Below are positions 10,242 to 19,341 of a stretch of 64,000 bases of DNA, in pieces (position 1 is the stretch's first letter; every line of letters starts with the position of its first letter). Made by a program: the position numbers and the translations under genes. Origin of the DNA: Planctomycetota bacterium (lineage in GTDB: Bacteria > Planctomycetota > UBA8108 > SXIK01); NCBI GenBank assembly GCA_965223265.1, contig OZ244999.1, positions 3,648,001 through 3,712,000 on the forward strand, given 5' to 3'. Under the pieces are notes generated by a model. It saw only the letters and a list, made by a program, of their open reading frames with translations, searched no databases and was not told where the DNA came from.

Positions 10242-10907
10242 CTACTGACACGTCGGTGAACAGACACTCTCGATCGTCGTGCAGTCGCCGCCGAGCGCGT
10301 GGGGTGCTCCAGTGCCGCCGAACTGAAAATTGAGACTCGCCACTGGGTCTGAGATGTCGCTGCCGCCGTCGCCGTTCCAATCGAGGATCGCCAGGCCTGC
10401 TGCGGTGAGTTCGACGGGTTCAGCCCCTTCAACGACAAAGCAGTCGGGAAGCGCTGCACTGGTGAACAGGAAATTGAGATGCGCCACTGGGTCTGAGATA
10501 TCGACACCGCCGTCACCGTTGACGTCGCCCGGCAGTAATCCAGTGTCGCTCGGATCCGCAACACCGGGATTCGTGACATCGTCCGCGATGCCCGGATCCG
10601 GTTGGTCGTCCGTCCACGTTCCCTCTGGGTCGAGGAGTTCGACGCCATTGGTGAGCCCATCCCCGTCGGCATCCTCCTGCGCCAGCGCTGGAGTCCAAAA
10701 CGGATCACAGGAGCCACGATCCACAAGTGCTAACACAGCTTCGCCGAACGGATTGCGCGGGCCGCCGCCGAACTGGCTCAGGTGACACGTGGTGCAGTTG
10801 AAGACGCCGCCGTTCGGCACCAGTGTCGGTCGGCAGGGTCGCGCGGATAGGTCGTCACAAATCACAACAGCTGCAAGGACGACGGCGAGAGGAAGGCATC
10901 GAGTCAT
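10242..10907 (-). CDS. secreted temptin-like / c-type heme-motif protein with C-terminal dockerin-like domain
   Basis: Signal peptide; VPNG...CTTCH...GGGPRNPFG...WT...DADGDGLTNGVELLDP..W...NPG; then twin GDVNGDGGVDISDPV / DWNGDGGSDISDPV Ca-binding repeats. Confidence 0.75.
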   Translation of the reverse strand: MTRCLPLAVVLAAVVICDDLSARPCRPTLVPNGGVFNCTTCHLSQFGGGPRNPFGEAVLALVDRGSCDPFWTPALAQEDADGDGLTNGVELLDPEGTWTDDQPDPGIADDVTNPGVADPSDTGLLPGDVNGDGGVDISDPVAHLNFLFTSAALPDCFVVEGAEPVELTAAGLAILDWNGDGGSDISDPVASLNFQFGGTGAPHALGGDCTTIESVCSPTCQ

Positions 10908-11346
10908 GGCTCGGATCCTTGTTAGGTTCGATAGCGAGTTTTGCTGCGAAGGCTGAGACTTCGCGCTCGAGGCACGTTGATAGGTCCGCCTCGGAAAACG
11001 TCAGTGTGGGCACGGAATCGTAAGGCTGCACTCAACAGGCTGCTAGGAGAAAGGGCGATGGTAGCGCGCGCGCCGGGGAGATGTGACGCTAAAATCCGCG
11101 GGTGCACCGCAGCCTGGCTCCGAAGTGCAAAGCCGGTGCCACGGGTGCAAGAGGCCAGGATTCGGCCGAGAATCTCAAAAAAATCGGCTGAACTGTAAAA
11201 GTCGCCTCGATCAGGCGTTTGATTTTCGATCGACGGCAACGCGCACGTCCCGAGTCCAGCACCGAACACGACGAACATGAGAAAACCTGGTTAGGGTCTT
11301 GATGAGGCGCAGGTCGTTCGTCATCTTGTGGGTCGCTTCCGACTCG

Positions 11347-11435
<89 letters not shown>

Positions 11436-11458
11436 CATCACGTTCAGAGGCGCATTCA

Positions 11459-11496
11459 AGAGACCCGAAGGCGTCGCTTTCGGGTCTCTCTCTTTG
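11459..11496 (+). terminator. probable intrinsic terminator after the tRNA
   Basis: agagacccgaa...ttcgggtctct hairpin followed by a pyrimidine/T tract. Confidence 0.65.
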
Positions 11497-11542
11497 TCGG
11501 ACTCTTTGTCGGACCGCGCTCGCCGGTCTTTTTCCGTCGCCC

Positions 11543-12427
11543 ATGTCACACACGACGTCTGAGCAACAGCCTACGAACGCGGCCCCGATCGGGCTGGTTG
11601 CGGGTGGTGGTCGTTTTCCCGTCCTCGTCGCCCAGGGACTTCGCCGCCGCGGCATGAACGTCGTCTGCGCCGCGCTGCGTTTCCAAGCCGACCCCGAACT
11701 TCAAACGTACTGCGGTCGATACCGCGCCTTCGGGCTCGGCCGTCTGGGCGCTGTGCTGCGCTATTTCAAACTTCACGGCGTGCGCGAAGTGACGTGGGCG
11801 GGCTGGATCCGCAAGGAACAGCTCTTCCGGCCATGGCGTCTTCTCTGGTTGCTACCGGATCTGCGCACAATCCGGATATACTTCGGGCGCCTCAAAGATC
11901 GCCAGAATCAAACCATCTTGGCGGCGCTGGCGGAAGAATTCGAGTCCGAGGGATTCCAATTGGCACACTCGACCAAGTACAACCCGGAGCTCTTAGCCAA
12001 AGAAGGCGTCCTGAGTCGCAAACGGCCCTCCGCCTCGCAGCTCGCCGACATCGCCTTCGGCTGGGGCATCGCCAAGCGCATGGCGGACCTCGACGTCGGC
12101 CAAAGCATCGTCGTCTGCGAACGGTCAACCCTCGCGGTTGAAGGAATCGAAGGCACGGACAACAACATCCGCCGTGCCGGGCAGTACTACCGACGTGGCG
12201 GCTTTTGCGTCATCAAGGTGGCGAAGGACGGACACGACATGAGGTTCGATGTCCCGGCGGTCGGGCCCGACACCGTCGAATCGATCGTCGAAAGTGGCGG
12301 CGCAGTGCTTGCCGTCGAGGCAGGAAAGACGCTCGTGCTTGACCGCGACGAAATGACGCGGCTGGCCGACAAGCACGGCATCGTCGTCATCGCTCTGACG
12401 GGTCCGCCAGACTCGGAGCAGCTTTGA
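11543..12427 (+). CDS. lpxI: UDP-2,3-diacylglucosamine diphosphatase LpxI
   Basis: IGLVAGGGRFP, LDVGQSIVV, LAVEGIEGTD, DMRFDVPAVGPDTV, LAVEAGKTL. Start set downstream of the tRNA (MSHTT). Confidence 0.92.
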   Translation: MSHTTSEQQPTNAAPIGLVAGGGRFPVLVAQGLRRRGMNVVCAALRFQADPELQTYCGRYRAFGLGRLGAVLRYFKLHGVREVTWAGWIRKEQLFRPWRLLWLLPDLRTIRIYFGRLKDRQNQTILAALAEEFESEGFQLAHSTKYNPELLAKEGVLSRKRPSASQLADIAFGWGIAKRMADLDVGQSIVVCERSTLAVEGIEGTDNNIRRAGQYYRRGGFCVIKVAKDGHDMRFDVPAVGPDTVESIVESGGAVLAVEAGKTLVLDRDEMTRLADKHGIVVIALTGPPDSEQL

Positions 12428-12782
12428 CCCTGAGAAGTCGTTTTCCGGCCGGCGCTCTGGGCGCCAGTTTCCAGCATTTTCATATTCCAACGCACCTGAG
12501 TCGGCTGGGGCGCGGGAGGGGGCCCCAGCGGCGCAATTCGAATGCCCAAAGAGACCGCTCCGTCTGGTCGGCGCCGATCTCAGTCTGGTCCTGATTTGGG
12601 GCTACGTGCCCGGAATTCAAGCGCTAACAACTCCCGCCCCAGACGTTGGGTCAACCCGGCATGCGAAGGATTCCCCAGCGGCAAGGATTTGCTTTTCAAA
12701 CGCGCCACTGGCCGATAATCTAAAGGTACGCACCATTAGAAGATCGGATCATTCGCCCCAACCAGACTTGGAACCCTAGGTC

Positions 12783-14456
12783 ATGATGCGCTCGACACTT
12801 TGCTTCATCTTCTCCGCCGGCCTTGTCATCTTGCCGCTCCACACCCGCGCGATTGCCGCAGACGACGATCTCAGCGCGCAGCTCAAGAAGCTCGCCGAAT
12901 CGATCAGTGCCATCGAAAAGGGCGTGCGGCAGCGCGACGACCGCATCAAGGACCTCGAGGCACAGATCAAGGCCTTGGAGGCCAAACTAGCGGCCGGGTC
13001 CAGCGGCAGTCCTTGGTCGAGCGACAACCTGACCGGAGCGTTTCTGGGCGTCGAGCACACGGACGTGCCGGCCGACTTGCTGGCGAAGCTGTCTGCGAAG
13101 TCGGGGGCACTTCTCACCGACGTCTTCGAGGCCGGTCCTGCGGCCAAGAGCGGCCTGCAAAAGGGCGATGTGATTCTATCGATCAACGGCAAGGCTGTCG
13201 CCTCGACCGATCTGACGCTCGCAGTTCGAAACTTCAAACCGGGAACGAAGGTGAACGTCAAGTTTGCGCGCGCCGACAAGCAGGAAGAGAAAGAAGTCGA
13301 ACTGATCGACAAAGAAGCGTATCTGGCGGCGACGACTGAGAAGAAGCGCCCGGTACGTCTCGGGGTCCTCATCGCGGAAGACGACGGCCTCGTGGTCAAG
13401 ACCGTTGATCCAGGCCTCACCGCAAGCGCCGCCAAACTGCAGCCAGAGGACCGCGTCTTGGCGATCAACGGCACCAAGGTGTCGACTCTGGACGAAGTGG
13501 GAGCATTGCTTGGAAAACTCTACGTCGGGGATCGGCTTTCCTTCGAGATCGATCGCGGCGGACGCAAGCTCGTGCAAACGGCGATCGCCGGCGACGAGAA
13601 GACCGCCGCGCAGTCCGTTGAAGTCAAAAAGCGCGGCCCGGCGTTTCTTGGCGCTGAATTTGTCCTCGGCGATGGTGCGCCGCTGGTCGAAAGCGTCGAT
13701 CCGGACACGGTTGCAAGTGCCTACGCCCTGCGCAAGGGCGATCGCATCAAGGCGATCAACGGCAAGGACGTCTCCGAAGGCGAAAGCATCGTCGCCGCCG
13801 TCGGCGAGTTGCGCGCTGGTGAAAGGGTGACCTTCTTGATCGATCGCGGCGGGCGCGACGTCGAATTGGCCGACGTCGTCATGGCGGAAAAAGGCGAAAA
13901 GGTCGCGGCAGTGATCAAAGCGGCGTTCCTCGGCATCGATGGATTCGTCGATGAGGGTGGCGTCGTTGTCGATGGCGTTGTCGCTGGAACTGCAGCCGGC
14001 GTTTTCGGTATCCTCAAGGGTGATGTTTTGAAGCGCATCGACGACAGCGACGTGACGACCGAGGAAGCGCTCCGTGAAACGGTCGCCAAACTCTACTCGC
14101 GCGACACGGTCTCGCTCACCGTCGAACGTGAAGGACGCACGATCGTGCTCAAGGACGTGCTCCTAGGAGCGGAAGGGGAGAAGATCGAACGCGCAAACGT
14201 GCCTGGTCGGCTCGGCCTTGTCGCCACGATCCTCAAGGGTGGCGAGCTTGCGGTCGTCAAGTTGAACAGTGGCGAGGCTGCCGATCTTGCCGGCCTGAAG
14301 CGTGACGATGTTCTGCTGGCCATCAACGGCAATGCGGTCAAGAGCTTCGCAGATTTGCGCGCGTCTCTCAAAGGCCGCCGTCCCGGCGAACTGCTGAAAC
14401 TCAAGATCAAGCGCGGGGATGCCGAACAAGAACGCCAGATCTCTCTGACCGAGTGA
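12783..14456 (+). CDS. secreted multi-PDZ domain protein
   Basis: Signal peptide, coiled coil, then about five FLGV/LGV...PA..GL..GD.I..ING PDZ-type repeats; no protease domain seen. Confidence 0.85.
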   Translation: MMRSTLCFIFSAGLVILPLHTRAIAADDDLSAQLKKLAESISAIEKGVRQRDDRIKDLEAQIKALEAKLAAGSSGSPWSSDNLTGAFLGVEHTDVPADLLAKLSAKSGALLTDVFEAGPAAKSGLQKGDVILSINGKAVASTDLTLAVRNFKPGTKVNVKFARADKQEEKEVELIDKEAYLAATTEKKRPVRLGVLIAEDDGLVVKTVDPGLTASAAKLQPEDRVLAINGTKVSTLDEVGALLGKLYVGDRLSFEIDRGGRKLVQTAIAGDEKTAAQSVEVKKRGPAFLGAEFVLGDGAPLVESVDPDTVASAYALRKGDRIKAINGKDVSEGESIVAAVGELRAGERVTFLIDRGGRDVELADVVMAEKGEKVAAVIKAAFLGIDGFVDEGGVVVDGVVAGTAAGVFGILKGDVLKRIDDSDVTTEEALRETVAKLYSRDTVSLTVEREGRTIVLKDVLLGAEGEKIERANVPGRLGLVATILKGGELAVVKLNSGEAADLAGLKRDDVLLAINGNAVKSFADLRASLKGRRPGELLKLKIKRGDAEQERQISLTE

Positions 14457-14551
14457 GCCGCGAGTCGCGAGCGCGAGATCGACGACGATCGTTTTCTCAT
14501 CCGCCCCTCGTCAACGGCCACCTCGCATGGCCAAGAGCATGGATTGATTAG

Positions 14552-15112
14552 GTGGTGCCGCGTAGCATTTTCTTGGTGGGCTACCGCGCCAGCGGCAAGA
14601 GTTGCGTTGGCAAGGCTCTGGCGCGCCGTCTCGGTTGGCGTTTCCGCGACACCGATGACGCAGTCAAGTCACGCCTGGGCATGAGCATTAGCGAGTTCTT
14701 CGCTGAGCGCGGCGAGGATGCGTTTCGCCAGCACGAGAGCGACGCGCTTGGCGAAATCGTCCGCAGCGTCGCCGACGACCAACCGTGCGTCGTAGCTTGT
14801 GGTGGGGGAATCGTCTTGCGCCAGACGAACGTCGAGATGATGCGGGCGGCGGGCACCGTCGTATGGCTCCGTGCCGGCGTCGGAACATTGTCCGCTCGAC
14901 TGGCAGGCGATGACAACACCGCGGCGGATCGTCCGACGCTGACCGGCACTTCAACGCGCAGCGAAGTCGAGTCGGTCCTCGCGGAAAGAACGCCGATCTA
15001 TCGCGATGCCGCGCATCTCGAGCTCGACACGGAGCTCCTTGAGCCGGAAGAACTGGCGGAGTCGCTTGCAGAGGAGCTCGAGCGGCGAGGATTCTTGATC
15101 GAGCCCCGTTGA
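14552..15112 (+). CDS. aroK: shikimate kinase
   Basis: IFLVGYRASGKS P-loop, DTD, GEDAFRQHE, ACGGG, RPTL, ERTPIY. Confidence 0.93.
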   Translation: MVPRSIFLVGYRASGKSCVGKALARRLGWRFRDTDDAVKSRLGMSISEFFAERGEDAFRQHESDALGEIVRSVADDQPCVVACGGGIVLRQTNVEMMRAAGTVVWLRAGVGTLSARLAGDDNTAADRPTLTGTSTRSEVESVLAERTPIYRDAAHLELDTELLEPEELAESLAEELERRGFLIEPR

Positions 15113-15477
15113 ACCCAGAAGCCGTTCCAGAGACCGGGAGCTATGGCGGGAACGGATACGTGTATGTCGCCGGACTGCGTGGCATCAACGTTGGCGGCAA
15201 AAACGAAAACGCGCTGCCGATGAGGGATCTCGTGGCGTTGTTCGCCTTCGCTGGCTGCGACGGCGTCAAAACCAGCCTGCCGATTCGAGTCCCTTGCCCC
15301 GCCAGCGCGAGAGCCGTCGCCTCCGCCGTGACAAACGCGCTGTCGAGCGTCGCAGCCGGCCGGAATCAGCACGATTCCACAGCGATTCTGCCGACGAAAG
15401 AGCAACGGCGCAGACCTGGAGCGATATCAGTCGTGGGTGGGTGCGTAGAGATCGCTTCGCTCGGTGTCAGATTGTGA
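15109..15477 (+). pseudogene. probable truncated DUF1697-family fragment
   Basis: YVAGLRGINVGGKN..LPMRDLVALFAFAGCDGVKT matches the DUF1697 N-terminus, but the expected following YIQSGN segment is absent and the rest looks non-homologous. Confidence 0.5.
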
Positions 15478-15551
15478 TGCCCGCCGTGAACCTCTATTCT
15501 ACCCACAGCAGCCTCGCTGAGTCCCACATCCCTTGTTCCTGGTGACCCAGA

Positions 15552-16658
15552 TTGGAACCACCTCTGAAGTTCTTTCTCGTCGTCGTCGCGGTGCTTCTCG
15601 GGGCGAATATCGGCAGCTTTTTGAACGTCTGCATATTCAGGATGCCCCGCGTCGGCCTCAGCACGCACCGGCCACGCCGCTCGTTCTGTCCAAGCTGCGG
15701 CACGGGGATCGCGTGGTTCGATAACATCCCGCTTTTGAGTTGGCTGCAGCTGGGAGGCCGCTGCCGGCACTGCGGCATGCCCATCAGCTCACGATACTTT
15801 CTCGTCGAAGCTCTGACGGCAGCACTCTTCGGCTTCCTAACGTACCGATATCTCGACGGTACCGCCGCAAGCTGGGCTCTTCTCTTGACGCTCATGTGCT
15901 TTGGCGCCGCCCTCATCGTCGCCTCGTTCATCGACGCGGAGCTGCGGATTCTGCCGGACGCGATCACCCTCGGAGGGATGGCCTTGACCCCGCTGGTCAT
16001 GCTGCTCGTCCCTTCCATCCACCTTCCACCAAGCGACGCATTGGTACGTTCGCTTCACGCGGCCCAGCCGAAGCTCGCATCGATCGCGACGACGCTCCGA
16101 CTCGATGCTCTCCCCGCCGGGATTCAACCGGTGTGTGTCGCGGTGGCTGCAGCTCTGGGCGGCCTCGCCACACTTTACGCCTACGCGCTTTACTGGCGAC
16201 TCGTTCACCGCGATCAACCTCGCGCTCTCTCAGCAGGCTGGCTCGGTGGCATTCTCGGAGGAGCACTCGCCGCCGTTTCGACAGCACTGGTCCTCCGCCC
16301 GGAGTGGGTCACGCACCCGAGGATCTACAGCTACGTCGCCGCAACCATCGGCATGGTTGCTGGCGCCTCCTTGATCCTCTTCGTGCAAATCGTCGGCGCC
16401 AAAGTGTTTCGCAAGCCAGCCATGGGATTCGGCGACGTCAAACTCATGGGGCTTCTCGGCGCATTCACGGGCTGGACCGGGGTGATCGTTGGATTCTTTC
16501 TCGCGTGCTTCCTCGGCAGCGCGGTTGGGATTTATCTCCTAGTGCGGTATCGAGACCACTACCTGCCGTTTGGGCCGTTTCTCTCGATCGGAGCTTTCGT
16601 GCTGGTGGTCTGGCCCGGAGCGTTCGACGCCTTCATGGCGTGGCTCTTGACCCGCTGA
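15552..16658 (+). CDS. pilD: prepilin peptidase/N-methyltransferase (A24A)
   Basis: GSFLNVCIFR, RSFCPSC, WFDNIPLLSWL..GRCRHC, FIDAELRILPD, MGFGDVKL, LPFGPFL. Confidence 0.93.
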   Translation: MEPPLKFFLVVVAVLLGANIGSFLNVCIFRMPRVGLSTHRPRRSFCPSCGTGIAWFDNIPLLSWLQLGGRCRHCGMPISSRYFLVEALTAALFGFLTYRYLDGTAASWALLLTLMCFGAALIVASFIDAELRILPDAITLGGMALTPLVMLLVPSIHLPPSDALVRSLHAAQPKLASIATTLRLDALPAGIQPVCVAVAAALGGLATLYAYALYWRLVHRDQPRALSAGWLGGILGGALAAVSTALVLRPEWVTHPRIYSYVAATIGMVAGASLILFVQIVGAKVFRKPAMGFGDVKLMGLLGAFTGWTGVIVGFFLACFLGSAVGIYLLVRYRDHYLPFGPFLSIGAFVLVVWPGAFDAFMAWLLTR

Positions 16659-17225
16659 AGGCGTCGCTTGACGCTAACGCATCCGCTGGCAACACGAATG
16701 GGCCAGCCGGTGGTAGCACCGCCACACGGTGGCCACAAAATAGCCAACTTGCCTGTTGCCATGTGGGCGGGTCGTCGCTAATCTATTCGCGTCCGCAAGA
16801 TTATGGGACCCACCGTCGTCGGCGAACGTCGCATCAGCGCCCAAAGTCGCATCAGCACGGTGCCCCAAGTTGACGTTGAAGAGAATTTAGAGGAGTCAGC
16901 GTGCTCTGGGGATGCTCCGGAGGAGGGAGCACGGAGTACACGAGAAGAGTGAATACCCCGTGCGCGTCGTTGCGGAGACCGCGCGGGTCAATCGGTTGGC
17001 CTCTTGTAGGCGCTCGAGAAGGTGCCTATCGGCCCGCTCTAGCAGGGACTCGAAGCCGAGATCGGATTCCACAGCGCGCTCAAGCCGCCATCGTGCGGCG
17101 AGGAATGCGGCGGAGATCCTGGCTTCGGCTGCAGTCGGGTTGACAGGAAGAGATCGGCGCATGCGCCGAATGACTTTCCGGCTGCTTACGGGGGTTCGCG
17201 CCAGAAAGGAAAGGAAGAGAATACC

Positions 17226-17918
17226 ATGGTCGCACGCAGACTGATGGTTCTGGTCGTTGCCGTGTGGGCGTTTGCAGGATCAGGCTGCGCTCTGCAGAAC
17301 CTGAAAGAATCGAATCGTCGCTTACGCGAGTCGAATGACCGACTCATCGCCGAAAACAACCGGCTCGAAGCTGATCTCGAGCGCTTGCAGCGCGATCTGA
17401 CGGACTCGCGCTTTGTCGCGACAACGTCAACGGTAGCACGCGACGTGCCACCGCAGCAGCCCATAGCGACGACGCCTTTGATCGACGACGACCTTCTCCC
17501 CTCCGTGCCCGACGAGGTTGAAGTCGACCGTACTTCCGACGGGGTTCGATTGCGCCTCCCGGACCGTGTCTTCTTCGCCCCAGGAAAGGCCGAGCTGACG
17601 TCGAGAGGAAAAAACATACTGCGTCGCGTCGCACAGGTCATCTCGAGTCGCTATCCTGGGCACGTGGTGCGCGTCGAGGGGCATACGGACGACACGCCGA
17701 CCCGCAAGGTGAGAAAGCTCTATCCGACGAATTGGGAGCTGTCGACGGCACGCTCATGTCGTGTCGTCAGATACCTTGTCGATCATGGCGACGTTTCTCC
17801 GCGGTCAATCTTCGCCGCGGGCTTCAGCTATTACCGGCCGCTCGAGCACGGCAGATCGTCGAAGGCACGTAGCCGCAACCGTCGCGTAGAAATCACAATC
17901 CTCGACCGCGCGATCTGA
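17226..17918 (+). CDS. OmpA/MotB-family peptidoglycan-binding lipoprotein
   Basis: Lipobox-like AFAGSGC, coiled coil, VRVEGHTDD, NWELSTARS, NRRVEI. Confidence 0.88.
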   Translation: MVARRLMVLVVAVWAFAGSGCALQNLKESNRRLRESNDRLIAENNRLEADLERLQRDLTDSRFVATTSTVARDVPPQQPIATTPLIDDDLLPSVPDEVEVDRTSDGVRLRLPDRVFFAPGKAELTSRGKNILRRVAQVISSRYPGHVVRVEGHTDDTPTRKVRKLYPTNWELSTARSCRVVRYLVDHGDVSPRSIFAAGFSYYRPLEHGRSSKARSRNRRVEITILDRAI

Positions 17919-18006
17919 CCGGAATCTGGTCAGATTCTGGTCGGAAACAATCACTGACCGCATGCAGCCGTGAAGCGTCGCGGTTGTGTGGTAACGTTCG
18001 ATAACG

Positions 18007-18039
18007 AAGCCTCCGGACAATGAGTCCGGAGGCTTTTTT
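18007..18039 (+). terminator. intrinsic terminator
   Basis: aagcctccggac-aatga-gtccggaggctt followed by a T run. Confidence 0.85.
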
Positions 18040-18229
18040 CGTTGCCAAACCCTCCCCGCGCTATCGGCCCTTCGCCACTCCGTCGACCGGTAAGTCGCCC
18101 CGAAATGCTCCGAGGAGTGTCTCTGACCGCCTCTTGGTCGCATCGCAAGTCTCGATGGTAGTCTTGCCTGAGCTCCGAAGCTCACTGGATTCAATCCGTG
18201 CCGACCGCGTCAAGAGGAGAAACAGCCAA

Positions 18230-19300
18230 ATGGTTTCCATTGAAGAACTCGTACAACAACTTGTTGAGAGAGGCGGGTCGGACCTGCACATTTCGGCCGG
18301 ATCTCCGCCGATGATTCGTGTCAATGGGCGCCTTGTTAGCACAGAGCAGGAAGTGCTCGACGCCGAGACCACGCAGAAGCTGATCTACAGCATCCTCGAC
18401 AACGAGCAAATCTTGCGGTTCGAAAAGGAACTCGAGCTCGACATGTCATTCGGCATCGCCGGACTCGGTCGCTTCCGCACCAACGTCTATCTGCAGCGCG
18501 GCACGCTCGGCGCCGTCATGCGCGTTGTCCCGTATGAGATCAAGGCACCAGGTGATCTAGGCCTGCCGGTCAAGGTGTGCGAAGACATTTGCGCTCGACC
18601 GAAAGGGCTGATTCTTGTCACTGGTGCGACGGGAAGCGGTAAGTCGACGACCCTCGCTTCGATGATCGATCACATCAATCGATCGCGCAACGAGCACATC
18701 ATCATCATCGAGGACCCGATCGAGTTCGTCCACCGAAACAAGGCATGCCTCGTCCACCAACGCGAAGTCGGCAATGACACGCACAGCTTTGCGGACTCTT
18801 TGCGAACCGTGCTGAGGCAAGACCCGGATGTGATCATGATCGGCGAGCTTCGAGACCAGGAAACGATCGCAGCCGCGCTCACCATCGCAGAAACGGGACA
18901 CTTGACGTTCGCGACGCTGCACACCAACGACGTGGTACAGACGATCAATCGCTGTGTCGATGTGTTCCCAGCGCATCAGCAGCAGCAGATCAGAACCCAG
19001 CTTTCGTTTTCGCTCGAGGCTGTCTTCTGTCAACAGTTGATCCCGCGATCCGACGGACGCGGGCGCGCATTGGCTGCCGAGGTCATGCTCGCAACTTCAG
19101 CAGTGCGCTCCCTGATCCGCGAAGACAAGACTCATCAGCTGATGTCGATCATCCAAACTGGGGGTCGCCACGGCATGAAGTCGATGAACCAAGCTCTCTT
19201 CGAGCTCTATCGACAGCACGCGATCACGTTCGATGACGCACTCTGCCACTCGTCGGATCCGGACGATCTGCGACGACTACTGCAGAGACAGGGAATTTGA
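18230..19300 (+). CDS. pilT: type IV pilus retraction ATPase PilT
   Basis: GSDLHISAGSPP, GATGSGKST, IEDPIEF, LRQDPDVIMIGELRD, AETGHLTFATLHT, AVRSLIRE; GAGGAG RBS before ATG 18230. Confidence 0.95.
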   Translation: MVSIEELVQQLVERGGSDLHISAGSPPMIRVNGRLVSTEQEVLDAETTQKLIYSILDNEQILRFEKELELDMSFGIAGLGRFRTNVYLQRGTLGAVMRVVPYEIKAPGDLGLPVKVCEDICARPKGLILVTGATGSGKSTTLASMIDHINRSRNEHIIIIEDPIEFVHRNKACLVHQREVGNDTHSFADSLRTVLRQDPDVIMIGELRDQETIAAALTIAETGHLTFATLHTNDVVQTINRCVDVFPAHQQQQIRTQLSFSLEAVFCQQLIPRSDGRGRALAAEVMLATSAVRSLIREDKTHQLMSIIQTGGRHGMKSMNQALFELYRQHAITFDDALCHSSDPDDLRRLLQRQGI

Positions 19301-19341
19301 ACCACCAGCTGGTCACGCCGCCGGAAAACACAGACTGAACG

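Noticed and set aside
15740-16873. 377-aa Arg-rich ORF overlapping pilD
   Set aside because: An alternative-frame artefact of GC-rich codon usage.
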